Origin: Eledone cirrhosa
Taxonomy: Eukaryota
NCBI GenBank assembly: GCA_964016885.1
Contig: OZ024742.1
Location: forward strand, 30,194,001 to 30,258,000
Direction of reading: 5' to 3'
Length of the DNA stretch: 64,000 nucleotides
The position numbers were made by a program, and so were the translations under genes. The notes beneath the pieces are model-generated. The model ran no database searches. It had not been told where the DNA came from and worked only from the letters and a program-made list of their open reading frames with translations. This document shows, piece by piece, positions 28,601 through 44,874 of the stretch (within the stretch, counting starts at the first letter, position 1; each line of letters opens with the position of its first letter).

Positions 28601-31600
28601 CATTCACTTCACAATTCTACCATACAGTAATATAGTCACTTCACAATTCTACCATACAGTAATACAGTCACTTCACAATTCTACCATACAGTAATACAGT
28701 CTCTACACAATTCTACCATACAGTAATAAGTCTCTACACAATTCTACCATACAGTAATATAGTCACTTCACAATTCTACCATACAGTAATATAGTCACTT
28801 CACAATTCTACCATACAGTAATATAGTCACTTCACAATTCTACCATACAGTAATACAGTCTCTTCACAATTCTACCATACAGTAATATAGTCACTTCACA
28901 ATTCTACCATACAGTAATACAGTCACTTCACAATTCTACCATACAGTAATATAGTCACTTCAAAATTCTACCATACAGTAATATAGTCACTTCACAATTC
29001 TACCATACAGTAATACAGTCTCTTCACAATTCTACCATACAGTATTACAGTCACTTCACAATTCTACCATACAGTAATACAGTCACTTCACAATTCTACC
29101 ATACAGTAATATAGTCACTTCACAATTCTACCATACAGTAATATAGTCACTTCACAATTCTACCATACAGTAACACAGTCACTTCACAATTCTACCATAC
29201 AGTAATACAGTCACTTCACAATTCTACCATACAGTAATACAGTCACTTCACAATTCTACCATACAGTAATATAGTCACTTCACAATTCTACCATACAGTA
29301 ACACAGTCACTTCACAATTATACCATACAGTAATACAGTCACTTCACAATTATACCATACAGTAATACAGTCACTTCACAATTCTATCATACAGTAATAC
29401 AGTCACTTCACAATTCTACCATACAGTAATACAGTCGCTACACAATTCTATCATACAGTAATACAGTCACTTCACAATTCTACCATACAGTAATACAGTC
29501 TCTACACAATTCTACCATACAGTAATACAGTCACTTCACAATTCTACCATACAGTAATACAGTCACTTCACAATTCTACCATACAGTAATACAGTCACTT
29601 CACAATTCTACCATACAGTAATACAGTCACTTCACAATTCTACCATACAGTAATACAGTCACTTCACAATATTACTATACAGTAATACAGTCACTTCACA
29701 ATTCTACAATACAGTAATACAGTCTCTACACAATTCTACCATACAGTAATACAGTCTCTTCACAATTCTACCATACAATAAAACAGTCTCTACACAATTC
29801 TATCATACAGTAATGCAGTCTCTACACAATTCTATCATACAGTAATATAGTCACTTTACAATTCTACCATACAGCGATATAGTCACTTCACAATTCTACC
29901 ATACAGTAATACAGTCACTTCACAATTCTACTATACAGTAATACAGTCACTTCACAATTCTACCATACAGTAATACAGTCTCTACACACAATTCTACCAT
30001 ACAGTAATACAGTCACTTTACAATTCTACCATACAGTAATATAGTCACTTCACAATTCTACCATACAGTAATATAGTCACTTCACAATTCTACCATACAG
30101 TAATACAGTCTCTACACAATTCTACCATACAGTAATACAGTCACTTCACAATTCTATCATACAGTAATATAGTCTCTTCACAATTCTACCATACAGTAAT
30201 ACAGTCACTTCACAATTCTACCATGCAGTAATACATTCACTTCACAATTCTACCATACAGTAATATAGTCACTTCACAATTCTACCATACAGTAATACAG
30301 TCACTTCACAATTCTACCATACAGTAATACAGTCTCTACACAATTCTACCATACAGTAATAAGTCTCTACACAATTCTACCATACAGTAATATAGTCACT
30401 TCACAATTCTACCATACAGTAATATAGTCACTTCACAATTCTACCATACAGTAATACAGTCTCTTCACAATTCTACCATACAGTAATATAGTCACTTCAC
30501 AATTCTACCATACAGTAATACAGTGACTTCACAATTCTACCATACAGTAATATAGTCACTTCAAAATTCTACCATACAGTAATATAGTCACTTCACAATT
30601 CTACCATACAGTAATACAGTCTCTTCACAATTCTACCATACAGTATTACAGTCACTTCACAATTCTACCATACAGTAATACAGTCACTTCACAATTCTAC
30701 CATACAGTAATATAGTCACTTCACAATTCTACCATACAGTAATATAGTCACTTCACAATTCTACCATACAGTAACACAGTCACTTCACAATTATACCATA
30801 CAGTAATACAGTCACTTCACAATTCTACCATACAGTAATACAGTCACTTCACAATTCTACCATACAGTAATATAGTCACTTCACAATTCTACCATACAGT
30901 AACACAGTCACTTCACAATTATACCATACAGTAATACAGTCACTTCACAATTATACCATACAGTAATACAGTCACTTCACAATTCTATCATACAGTAATA
31001 AGTCACTTCACAATTCTACCATACAGTAATACAGTCGCTACACAATTCTATCATACAGTAATACAGTCTCTTCACAATTCTACCATACAGTAATATAGTC
31101 ACTTCACAATTCTACCATACAGTAATATAGTCACTTCACAATTCTACCATACAGTAATATAGTCACTTTACAATTCTACCATACAGTAATACAGTCACTT
31201 CATAATTCTATCATACAGTAATACAGTCTCTACACAATTCTACCATACAGTAACACAGTCACTTCACAATTCTACCATACAGTAATACAGTCTCTACACA
31301 TAATTCTACCATACAGTAATATAGTCACTTTACAATTCTACCATACAGTAATACAGTCACTTCACAATTCTACCATACAGTGATACAGTCACTTCACAAT
31401 TCTACCATACAGTAATACAGTCTCTACACATAATTCTACCATACAGTAATACAGTCACTTTACAATTCTACCATACAGTAATATAGTCACTTCACAATTC
31501 TACCATACAGTAATATAGTCACTTCACAATTCTACCATACAGTAATATAGTCACTTCACAATTCTACCATACAGTAATACAGTCACTTCACAATTCTACC

Positions 31601-32962
31601 ATACAGTAATACAGTCACTTCACAATTCTTCCATACAGTAATACAGTCACTTCACAATTCTATCATACAGTAATACAGTCTCTACACAATTCTACCATAC
31701 AGTAATATAGTCACTTCACAATTATACCATACAGTAATACAGTGACTTCACAATTATACCATACAGTAATACAGTCACTTTACAATTCTACCATACAGTA
31801 ATATAGTCACTTTACAATTCTACCATACAGTAATATAGTCACTTCACAATTCTACCATACAGTAATACAGTCACTTCACAATTCTACCATACAGTAATAT
31901 AGTCACTTTACAATTATACCATACACTAATACAGTCTCTACGCAATTCTACCATACAGTAATACAGTCACTTCACAATTCTACCATACAGTAATATAGTC
32001 ACTTCACAATTCTACCATACAGTAATGCAGTCACTTCACAATTCTACCATACAGTAATACAGTCACTTCATAATTCTACCATACAGTAATATAGTCACTT
32101 CACAATTCTACCATACAGTAATACAGTCACTTCACAATTCTACCATACAGTAATACAGTCACTTCACGATTCTACCATACAGTAATACAGTCACTTCACA
32201 ATTCTACTATACAGTAATACAGTCACTTCACAATTCTACCATACAGTAATACAGTCTCTACACAATTCTACCATACAGTAATACAGTCTCTTCACAATTC
32301 TATCATACAGTAATACAGTCTCTACACAATTCTACCATACAGTAATATAGTCACTTTACAATTCTACCATACAGCGATATAGTCACTTCACAATTCTACC
32401 ATACAGTAATACAGTCACTTCACAATTCTACCATACAGTAATACAGTCACTTCACAATTCTACCATACAGTAATACAGTCTCTACACACAATTCTACCAT
32501 ACAGTAATACAGTCACTTTACAATTCTACCATACAGTAATATAGTCACTTCACAATTCTACCATACAGTAATATAGTCACTTCACAATTCTACCATACAG
32601 TAATATAGTCACTTTACAATTATACCATACACTAATACAGTCTCTACGCAATTCTACCATACAGTAATACAGTCACTTCACAATTCTACCATACAGTAAT
32701 ATAGTCACTTCACAATTCTACCATACAGTAATACAGTCACTTCACAATTCTACCATACAGTAATACAGTCACTTCATAATTCTACCATACAGTAATATAG
32801 TCACTTCACAATTCTACCATACAGTAATACAGTCACTTCACAATTCTACCATACAGTAATATAGTCACTTTACAATTCTACCATACAGTAATATAGTCAC
32901 TTCACAATTCTACCATACAGTAATACAGTCACTTCACAATTCTACCATACAGTAATACTGTC
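22673..32962. repeat. 32-bp satellite array (CACAATTCTACCATACAGTAATAYAGTCACTT), about 320 copies, with higher-order repeats
   Basis: Direct tandem repeat over 10.3 kb; rare variants recur at 1633- and 2113-bp spacing. Confidence 0.98.
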
Positions 32963-34136
32963 ATTGACATATTCATATCTTTCACTCGTCGACGTTTTCT
33001 TTTTATTCTCCCTCTCTTACCTTAGAGCAGGTTTTTTTTCTTTCTTAAAAAACAAAAGTCCCTTTTAATGTGTGATTTCAGTGAGATTTGGTTGTTGTTT
33101 TTCTAGTTTATTTTTAACTCCATTCATCTCCATTTTACTTCACGACATCTCAAAAAATATGATATCCGCCTCAATATACAAATATGATAGGTGTTAAAAA
33201 AAAATATAATGTAAAAATGTGAAATGTACAAAAAGAAAAGAGTTTAATTAGGAATACTGCTCGAAATTTTCAATATTACATAAAATTGATTTTTTTCTCT
33301 TCATATTGTTGCATTTTGAAACTGCCTCCTCAAAATATTCAAATTGCCCCCACCCCTCTGGGGATCGTGTGCCCTATGTTGAAATACACAGAAATAGTAG
33401 CTCTATCATTGGCTCCTATCAGAATATAGTTCAATAATGATGATTGATCTTTGTTACAAGAGTGTGTTTATTTGTGTTAAAGTTTGTGGTTATTTAGCGT
33501 TTAATCAATGGCTTATAAACTGCTTGCTTCTTGTTAATGAGCAGATTTTTAATTTTTATAGTTTTCTAATACGTTATTAATGTTAGTTTATTGTTGGATC
33601 TAATGAATATTATGTTCCGTTTAATGAGTTTATATATTTTTTCATAACTTGTTCAGCTCTTCTATAGCCAGCGTGCATTTGGTTTATATAATACATTTTG
33701 TGTATAATTTGTTTGTTTTTACTTGGTGTAGTCTCTCTTGTATTTACTATGATGTGATTTGTTCTATAGTTTTTCTACTAACTTGTTTGTATATCCGTAT
33801 TCACTGACGCTTGTTTCCATTCAATAGATTTTTTTCCTAATGAGTCATTGGTGGAAGAGAATCTAAAAGTAATGATTCTGTTACATGTTATATACCCCCT
33901 TTATCATTATACAAGCTACACTGCATTACACCCAATCCTAGACTAATACTAATAATATATTACAAAAATACCAAAAATTAAAAATCTTGTCATCAATAAC
34001 AAACCAAAAGCCTGGAAGCAACTGAACAAACTTCGGATAATCAATCTAATTTTATATTTCATATTCATTTGAAAACATGGAAGATGTAAACATTATGATT
34101 CTAACAGTTACAGTCGGTATGTAATTACAATATGAA

Positions 34137-34220
34137 GATGGCGAATTGGTAATGTCGTTAGAACGTCGAATGAAATACCTTGCGGTGTTTATCTAATGTC
34201 TGTGCTCTATTTCTCTCACA

Positions 34221-34251
<31 letters not shown>

Positions 34252-34254
34252 TAC

Positions 34255-34296
<42 letters not shown>

Positions 34297-34481
34297 ATCT
34301 CTCTTACTCTCTCTCTCACTCTTTCTCTCACTCTCTCTCTTACTCTCTCTCACACACACCTCTCTCTCTCCCTCTCTCACTTTCTCACACTCTCTCACTC
34401 TTTCTCCCTCTCTCTCTCCCTCTCTCTCTTTCTCACTCTCTCTCACTCTTTCTCCCTCTCTCTCTCTCCTCTCTCTCTTTC

Positions 34482-34565
<84 letters not shown>

Positions 34566-34620
34566 AGTACGACCGAGGTAAGTTTAGTCTTTCATCCCTT
34601 CGAGGTGGATAAATAAAGTT
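34137..34620 (+). mobile_element. SINE interrupted by a (CT)n/(CA)n expansion
   Basis: Head GGCGAATTGGTAATGTCGTTAGAACGTCG at 34140; body resumes as TTCAAGTACGACCGAGGTAAGTTTAGTCTTTCATCC at 34562. Confidence 0.55.
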
Positions 34621-34834
34621 TCAGGTCAGAGCGATGGGTTGGGAGGATTTTTTGAGATGTCGAATAGAATGTCATGCGGTATATTTTCTTGTCTCCTATG
34701 TATTTTAATTTCAAATCACGACTACCGGAGAAATGGTAACATAATAAGACTGGGACCCCTATCGCGAAAACTCCCTAGAAACATCTTACCATATGCAACC
34801 TTGAATTACAATACAACGGGAGGAAACATAATAG

Positions 34835-34878
34835 TACCACTGATGATGTCACAGGTGTGTGATGAAAGAATTTTGATA
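34835..34878 (+). ncRNA. Degenerate minimal hammerhead
   Basis: TACCA-CTGATGA-TGTCACA GGTG TGTGAT-GAAA-GAAT-TT-TGATA; stem I has one mismatch. Confidence 0.5.
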
Positions 34879-35087
34879 GACTATGTATATATTTATATCT
34901 ATATATTTTACCTGTTGCTAAATCAATGATAAACATTGATTGCCAGCTAAATTAATTATAGGGATATAAAATATACAGAAGTGAGAACTAACCCAAACCG
35001 AGCAGTGAGTGTGTTTTATTAATTTCTGGCAATATTATAACAATATGACCCTTCCCAAATATAACAATATATATATATGTGTGTGTG

Positions 35088-35958
<871 letters not shown>

Positions 35959-36074
35959 ATATATATATATATCATGTTTAATATAGGGATGGCTTTTACA
36001 GGAATAGAACTGTTTCATTCAAAAGAACTCATCAGGCTTTCCTGCTACTCTCTCCCTCTCACCTCTCTCTATTT

Positions 36075-36295
36075 CTCTGTTTAAGACATCTTAACCCCCA
36101 TTTCTCTATTTAAGACATCATAACCACCATTTCTATATTTAAGACATCTTAACCACCCTTTCTATATTTAAGACATCTTAACCACCATTTCTCTATTTAA
36201 GACATCATAATCACCATTTCTATATTTAAGACATCTTAACCACCCTTTCTATATTTAAGACATCATAATCACCATTTCTCTATTTAAGACATTTT
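36075..36295. repeat. About 29-bp minisatellite (TTTAAGACATCWTAACCACCATTTCTMTA), about 8 copies
   Basis: Direct tandem repeats. Confidence 0.9.
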
Positions 36296-37399
36296 ATCTT
36301 CTTTCTCACTTTTGTTTGGTATTTCTATGTTTATTTGTTGGTATCATTGGTCAGAGAGAGTCGGTGTCATAAAGTTCAGTTGGGCATGGATGGCCTGAGG
36401 GGGAAGGTGGACAGTCTCAAATGTCATATTCCTCACCAAATGGACAAATGGATAAATAAGTGAAGGAAACAACCAATTTAGATCATTATCTCTTACCCTC
36501 CCCCTCTCTTTCTCTCACCACTCTCCCTCTCTCTCTCTCTTACTTGTACCACTCTCCCTCTCTCTTTCTCTTACACTTACCACTCTCCCTCGCTCTTTCT
36601 GTCACGCTCCTCCATCTACCCCTCACTCTTTCTCTTACTCTTACCACTCTCCTTCTCTCTTTCTCTTACTCTTACCACTCTCCCTCTCTCTTTCTCTTAC
36701 TTTTACCACTCTCCCTCACTCTTTCTCTTACTCTTACCACTCTCTCTCGTTCTTGCTTTCACTCTCCCCCATCTCACCTCTCTCTATCTCTTACTCTCCC
36801 CCTCTCACTTTTCCCTCTTTGTGACTCTCCTCCTCTCTCACCTCACTCTTTCTGTTACTCTCCCCCTATCACCATATCTATCTCACCTGTCTTTCTCACC
36901 TGTCTTTCTCTCTGTTACTCTCCCCCTTTCATCTCGTTCTGTTGCTCTCCCCCTCTCTATCTTTGCTACTCTCTCCTTCTCCCTCTCCCCTCACATCTCC
37001 CTTTCTACTACTCGACACACCTCTCCCTCTGTTACTCCTCCTCTCCCTCCCCCTCCCCCACGCTGCTACTCTCCCCCTCCCCTCACCCACCCTGCTACTC
37101 TACACCTCTCCCTCCCCCACTATACACCTCTACTCCACACACACACACACCCCCATTCTCTACAACATTATGATGTGTTTTCTTTTTTCGTTGTGTTTAG
37201 AGGAGGGGGAGGGGTCAATTTTTTATATTTTTATTTTATGTTTTATATGTTTTGTTTGTTATCTGTTTATGTGATATTTGTGTTGTTGTTGCTATTTTGT
37301 GTGCTTTGGGTCATTGTGTATTGTATGGGAGGAATAGTTGCAGGTGAGAGTGGTAGGAATATGATTGTGTGAGAAGAGAGAGAAAGAGATAGAGTGTGT

Positions 37400-37644
37400 G
37401 AGTGAGGGTGGGTGTGAGAGAGAGAGACACTGTGAAGAGAGTGTGTATGTGAGAGAGAGAGACGGTAAGAGAGAGTGGTTGTGATTGAGAGAGAGACGTT
37501 GAAAGAGAGCTTGTGTGAGAAAGAGAGAAACGGTAAGAGAGAGTAGTTGTGAGTGAGAGAGAGACGGTGAAAGAGAGCTTGTGTGAGAGAGAGAGACGGT
37601 AAGAGAGAGTGGTTGTGAGTGAGAGAGAGACGGTGAAAGAGAGC

Positions 37645-37723
<79 letters not shown>

Positions 37724-38141
37724 GGTAAGAGAGAGTGGTTGTGAGTGAGAGAGAGACGGTGAAAGAGAGCTTGTGTGAGAGAGAGAGACGGTAAGAGAGA
37801 GTGGTTGTGATTGAGAGAGAGACGGTAAGAGAGAGTGGTTGTGAGTGAGAGAGAGACGGTGAAAGAGAGCTTGTGTGAGAGAGAGAGAGACGGTAAGAGT
37901 AAGTGGTTGTGAGTGAGAGAGAGACGGTGAAAGAGAGCTTGTGTGAGTGAGAGAGAGACGGTGAAAGAGAGCTTGTGTGAGAGAGAGAGAGACGGTAAGA
38001 GTGAGTGGTTGTGAGTGAGAGAGAGACGGTGAAAGAGAGCTTGTGTGAGAGAGAGAGACGGTAAGAGAGAGTGGTTGTGAGTGAGAGAGAGACGGTGAAA
38101 GAGAGCTTGTATGTGAGAGAGAGAGAGAGAGAGAGAGAGAG

Positions 38142-38176
<35 letters not shown>

Positions 38177-38390
38177 GGTAAGAGTGAGTGGTTGTGAGTG
38201 AGAGAGTGACGGTGAAAGAGAGCTTGTGTGAGAGAGAGAGACGGTAAGAGAGAGTGGTTGTGATTGAGAGAGAGACGGTGAAAGAGAGCTTGTGTGAGAG
38301 AGAGAGACGGTAAGAGAGAGTGGTTGTGAGTGAGAGAGAGAGAGAGAGAGAGAGTGTGGTTGTGAGTGAGAGAGAGACGACGAGAGGGTG
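37400..38390. repeat. Dimeric GA-rich minisatellite (GACGGTAAGAGAGAGTGGTTGT / GACGGTGAAAGAGAGCTTGTGT) with variable (GA)n
   Basis: Two subunits alternate. Confidence 0.9.
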
Positions 38391-38689
38391 TGTGTGTGTC
38401 AGAGAGAGAGAGAGAGTGAAAGAAAGAAGGCAAGAAAGAGATAGAGAAAGAAGTAAATAGTGAAGAAACAGGTGTATGTAGAGGTAAGTGAACAGGAAAT
38501 ATAGGGAGAGGTGGAGAGATGGAGAGAAGGGGAGAGAGAAGGGAGAGAGATGGGAGAGAGATGAGGGGAGAGAGATGGGAGAGAGTTAGGGACAGAGATT
38601 GGGAGAGAGAGAGCAGGAGGTAGAGAGAAGGAGATATATAGGGCGAGAGAGAGAAGGAGGTAGAGAGAAAAATTGTTTTCATGTCATTG

Positions 38690-39985
38690 TATTGAACTAG
38701 CATATATACACACATACATGCAGTACAAGTAGCATATATACACAGATACATACAGTACAAGTAGCATATATACACAGATACATACAGTACAAGTGGCATA
38801 TATACATACATACATACAGTACAACTAGCATATATACACACATACATACATACAGTACAAGTAGCATATATACACACATATATACAGTACAACTAGTATA
38901 TACACACATACATACAGTACAACTAGTATATACACACATACATACAGTACAACTAGTATATATACACACATACATACAGTACAAGTGGCATATATACACA
39001 CATACATACAGTACAAGTGGCATATATACACACATACATACAGTACAACTAATATATACACACATACATACAGTACAAGTAGCATATACACACACATATA
39101 TACAGTACAACTAGTATATACACACATACATACAGTAAAAATAGTATATACACACATACATACAGTACAAGTGGCATATATACACATATATACATACAGT
39201 ACAAGTGGCATATATACACAGATACATACAGTACAACTAGTATATACACAGATACATACAGTACAACTAGTATATACACAGATACATACAGTACAAGTAG
39301 CATATATACACACATACATACAGTACAAGTAGCATATATACACACATACATACAGTACAAGTAGCATATATACACATATATACATACAGTACAAGTGGCA
39401 TATATACATATATACATACAGTACAAATGGCATATATACATATATACATACAGTACAAATAGCATATATACACACACATACAGTACAAGTGGCATATATA
39501 CACACATACATACAGTACAAATAGCATATATACACATACATACAGTACAACTAGTATATACACACATACATACAGTACAAGTGGCATATATACATATATA
39601 CATACAGTACAAGTGGCATATATACACGTACATACATACAGTATAATTAGTATATACACACATACATACAGTACAGGTGGCATATATACACATATACACA
39701 TACAGTACAAGTGGCATATATACACATACATACAGTACAAGTAGCATATATACACACATACATACAGTATAACTAGTATATGCACACATACATACAGTAC
39801 AAGTGGCATATATACACATATGTACATACAGTACAAGTAGCATATATACACACATACATACATACAGTACAAATAGCATATATACACACATACATACATA
39901 CAGTACAAGCAGCACATATACATACATGGACATACATACAGTACAGGTAACATATAAAGACATACAAACATACATACAGTACAAT
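38690..39985. repeat. 30-36-bp minisatellite (CATACAGTACAAGTRGCATATATACACACATA)
   Basis: Direct tandem repeats. Confidence 0.95.
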
Positions 39986-40004
39986 CAACACACACACATA
40001 ACTA

Positions 40005-40166
40005 ACTGGCACTCCGTCGGTTACGACGAAGAGTGTCCCAGTAGATACGATCAACGGAGCATCCTGCTCGTGAAATGGCTGGGAATTCCACAGACATGTG
40101 TACGTTTAACGTAGTTCTCAGGGAGATTCGGCGAGACTCAGAATGTGTGACAAGGCTGACCCTCGT
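40005..40166 (-). mobile_element. SINE 3' fragment
   Basis: CTCCGTCGGTTACGACGA...AACGTAGTTCTCAG motif shared with 4680 and 20540-20670. Confidence 0.6.
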
Positions 40167-40821
40167 CACCACCACCACCACCATCATCACCACCACCACC
40201 ACCACCACTACCATCATCACCACCACCACCATTACCACCACCACCACTACCACCACCACCACCATCATCACCACCACCACCATTACCACCACCACCACCA
40301 CCACCACCACCATCATCACCACCACCACCACCACTACCATCATCATCACCATCACCACCACCACCACCACCACCACCACCACCACCACCATCACCACCAC
40401 CACTACCACCACCACCACCACCACCACCACCACCACCACCACCACCACCACCACCACTACCATCACCACCACCACCACCACCACCACCACCACCACCACC
40501 ACCACCACCACCACCACTACCATCACCACCACCACCACCACCATCACCACCACCACCACCACCATCACCACCACCACCACCACCACCACCACCACCACCA
40601 CCACCACCACCACCACCACCATCACCACCACCACCACCACCACCACCACCACCACCACCACCACCACCATCACCACCACCACCACCACCACCACCACCAC
40701 CACAACCACCACCACCACCACCACCACCACCACCACTACCATCACCACCACCACCACCACCATCACCACCACCACCACCACCATCACCACCACCACCACC
40801 ACCACCACCACCACCACCACC

Positions 40822-40852
<31 letters not shown>

Positions 40853-41745
40853 CCACCATCACCACCACCACCACCACCACCACCACCACCACCACCACCA
40901 CCACCACCACCACCACCACTACCATCACCACCACCACCACCACCATCACCACCACCACCACCACCATCACCACCACCACCACCACCATCACCACCACCAC
41001 CACCACCATCACCACCACCACCACCACCACCACCACCACCACCATCACCACCACCACTACCACCACCACCACCACCACCACCACCACCACCACCATCACC
41101 ACCACCACTACCACCACCACCACCACCACCACCACCATCACCACCACCACCACCACCACCACCACCACCACCACCACCACCACCACCACCACCACCACCA
41201 CCACCACCACCACCACCACCACCACCACTACCATCACGACCACCACCACCACCACCACCACTACCATCATCACCACCACCACCACTACCATCATCACCAC
41301 CACCACCACCACTACCATCACCACCACCACCACCATCACCACCACCACCACCACCATCACCACCACCACCACCACCATCACGACCACCACCACCACCACC
41401 ACCACCACCACCACCACCACCACCACCACCACCACCACCACCACTACCACCACCATCACCACCACCACCACTACCATCATCACCACCACCACCACCACCA
41501 CCATCACCACCACCACCACCACCACCACCACCACCACCACCACCATCACCACCACCACCACCACCACCACCACCACCACCACCATCACCACCACCACCAC
41601 CACCACCACCACCACCATCACGACCACCACCACCACCACCACCACCATCACCACCACCACCACCACCACCACCACCACCACCACCACCACCATCACCACC
41701 ACCACCACCACCACCAACACCAACAACAACAACAACAACAACAAC
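40167..41745. repeat. (ACC)n trinucleotide tract, about 1.55 kb
   Basis: Seen directly; the poly-T/H/V ORFs are artefacts. Confidence 0.97.
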
Positions 41746-41870
41746 ACTCTACTAGTTATTGTTGGCAACGATGTTCATGTTGTTTTAGTTGGTCGATGTT
41801 GATAATGATGTTGATGTGGCTGTTGGCGGTGTGTTCTGGCCAACCAACTACAATAACACATACACACACG

Positions 41871-41901
<31 letters not shown>

Positions 41902-42000
41902 GTATGAATACCTATATATGTGCGTATATATACACACACACACATATATATATAGGCATATATATACATATAAAATATATATAACATATATACATATATA

Positions 42001-42610
42001 TGGTGGCTGCCAACTCGTTTTCGAGTACGGCCACTACTTTATATCCATGTAGGAAAACCCCTACCGATGCGCTGAACGAGTGTGACTTTAGTCCAGCAAG
42101 CGACTTGAAAACTCTGGTACAAACACTACATTTGTGACAATTATTGACACATAGTGCTGGGCCCATGGTACCATGTGACGACAAGTGTAGAGAGATCTCC
42201 AGATATAAAGCAATGCCTGTGCCGTGAAGCTTTTATAGTGAGCAAAGGCACTGCACAAAGCCAGTTCCACTCTCTTAACCAATATGATATTTACCAAAAA
42301 GAAGAACAAGTCAACATCATTGGATGCCATCAGGGTTGCAGGTGTTATATCAGAGTTTTCCTTCTCCTAGAATTCTGCCTTGACAAATGCTAAGGGGTCA
42401 TCTCACCCGGTGATTTTGGATGACCATTGACTCTTAAGAGCTCCTTTGCCCTTTGACAGGTCTTGTTTTTAGTCCTGCAGGATGTCCAAAGTCACCCTTC
42501 TCACCAAGAAACCTTGGTGGGGTTGCCAGTTTAGTCGCCAACGACCCGACCATGAGACAGGTTGTACTGGGATACATGTTACCAGTAGCACCAACTGGTG
42601 ACTTGACATA
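42001..42610 (-). mobile_element. About 610-bp non-autonomous RTE-derived element, copy 1
   Basis: Same ends and nearly the same sequence as 59579-60188; keeps the last zinc finger (CSVCTRVFKSLAGLKSH) and the RTE-type 3' terminus. Confidence 0.8.
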
Positions 42611-42732
42611 TTATATTCATATATATACACACATATATATACATATATTTATATACTGTATATATATTTATGTATGAATAACTATAACACGTATATATAT
42701 ATATGTGTGTGTGTGTATACATATGCACATAA

Positions 42733-42766
<34 letters not shown>

Positions 42767-42767
42767 G

Positions 42768-42893
<126 letters not shown>

Positions 42894-42944
42894 CATACAA
42901 ACAGTAAAACCTGACCTGCAAGTGTTTTTAAAGTGAACATACTC

Positions 42945-43580
42945 ATCTATACACCTACACATCTACACATCTACACACCTACACATCTACACATCTACAC
43001 ATTTACACAACATTACAAGTACACACCTACAACTACACATCGACACAACATTACAAGTACACACCTACACATCTACACACCTACACACCTACACACCTAC
43101 ACATCTACACAACTACACAATAGTACATCTACACACCTACATAACATTACAACTACACATCTACACAACTACACAACAGTACATCTACACACCTACATAA
43201 CATTACAACTACACATCTACACAACTACACAACAGTACATCTACACACCTACATAACATTACAACTACACATCTACACAACTACACAATAGTACATCTAC
43301 ACACCTACATAACATTACAACTACACATCTACACAACTACACAACAGTACATCTACACACCTACATAACATTACAACTACACAACTACACAACAGTACAT
43401 CTACACACCTACATAACATTACAACTACACATCTACACAACTACACAACAGTACATCTACACACCTACATAACATTACAACTACACATCTACACAACTAC
43501 ACAACAGTACATCTACACACCTACATAACATTACAACTACACATCTACACAACTACACAACAGTACATCTACACAGTTAC
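42945..43580. repeat. 56-bp AC-rich minisatellite
   Basis: ACACATCTACACAACTACACAACAGTACATCTACACACCTACATAACATTACAACT in tandem. Confidence 0.92.
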
Positions 43581-43927
43581 ACAGACATGAGATGAGAGTA
43601 AATGGTGCAGAGAGAGAGAGAGAGCGACTTGTACAAGTGTTGTTATGATGACCTGGGGCTGTTGGAAATAAGAGAAAGAATATTTCTGAATGTAATTAGA
43701 GAAAAGTGGTGTAATTTGTGAAGATATGCAGCCAGAGACGATATTTCTTCCAGTTTGAGTTAACTAATTCAGACAACGGGGAAGACCAACTTACTGTCTG
43801 AATAGAAACTTTTCAATCATCTTATATCTATCTATAAAAGCGGTCACGTCTACAAGTGAGCTCACACACACAGTCACATACACAGAAAATTACACACACA
43901 CAGACAATTACATATACACACACACAG

Positions 43928-44027
<100 letters not shown>

Positions 44028-44225
44028 GTATGTATATGTGTGTGTATGTATACAATCACAAAATCACAAACACAGAAAATCACACACACAGACATACACA
44101 CACAGAAAATCACGCACACAGACAATTACATATACACACACACAGACACATACACACACAGAAAATCACACACAGACAATTACATATATACACACATATA
44201 TATCTGTATACAATCACACAATCAT

Positions 44226-44306
<81 letters not shown>

Positions 44307-44874
44307 CACACACTCACATACACATATACACACACATACACACATATATATATACATACAAACAAACACACACAATGACATATATTTGTACAGTAAAATA
44401 ACTGGATTATTTGCGCTACTCCCAGTTTCCCCAAATGAATTGTGGATCTCACTACATTGACTTATTCAGGCCACAGAATTTACTTCGTTTCAGTATTATG
44501 TCGCCATTTCTGTTTTTAAATAAACATTCTATACAGACAGGAAGTATATTTCTATTATTTCCCTTGAGTGAGAATCTTTTGTTAAAGAATGTCTTTAAAT
44601 TCCAGCGTTATATATCAGAGAATGGACCAAACATTAACTTATAGATACACCATACGTAGAACCAATTACAATGTCCGCTATTTTGAGTAATTTTTAATCA
44701 GGCGTCCGCGATTTCCTACAAATCCCGTGAGACTTTATCACCAGCGCTAAGCACGTGACTTAATATAACCATTCTGATTCTAAAGATAAATTCGGTGACA
44801 GCAACCGACATCTCCCTCCTTCTCTCCCTCCCTCAAACAACAACAAAAGCTGCAGCAGTAAAGATCTTTGTCGG

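Noticed and set aside
22673-32962. CRISPR-like array (32-bp repeats)
   Set aside because: Head-to-tail monomers with no unique spacers, no cas genes, eukaryotic context
33420-33900. Possible ancient GIY-YIG or other transposon remnant
   Set aside because: Too degenerate to support a motif-level call
37267-38892. 541-aa Ser/Leu-rich ORF
   Set aside because: Spans GA-rich minisatellites only
40002-41984. 575-613-aa poly-V/T/H ORFs (mucin-like or His-rich protein)
   Set aside because: Pure (ACC)n tract open in several frames, flanked by a SINE fragment and a microsatellite
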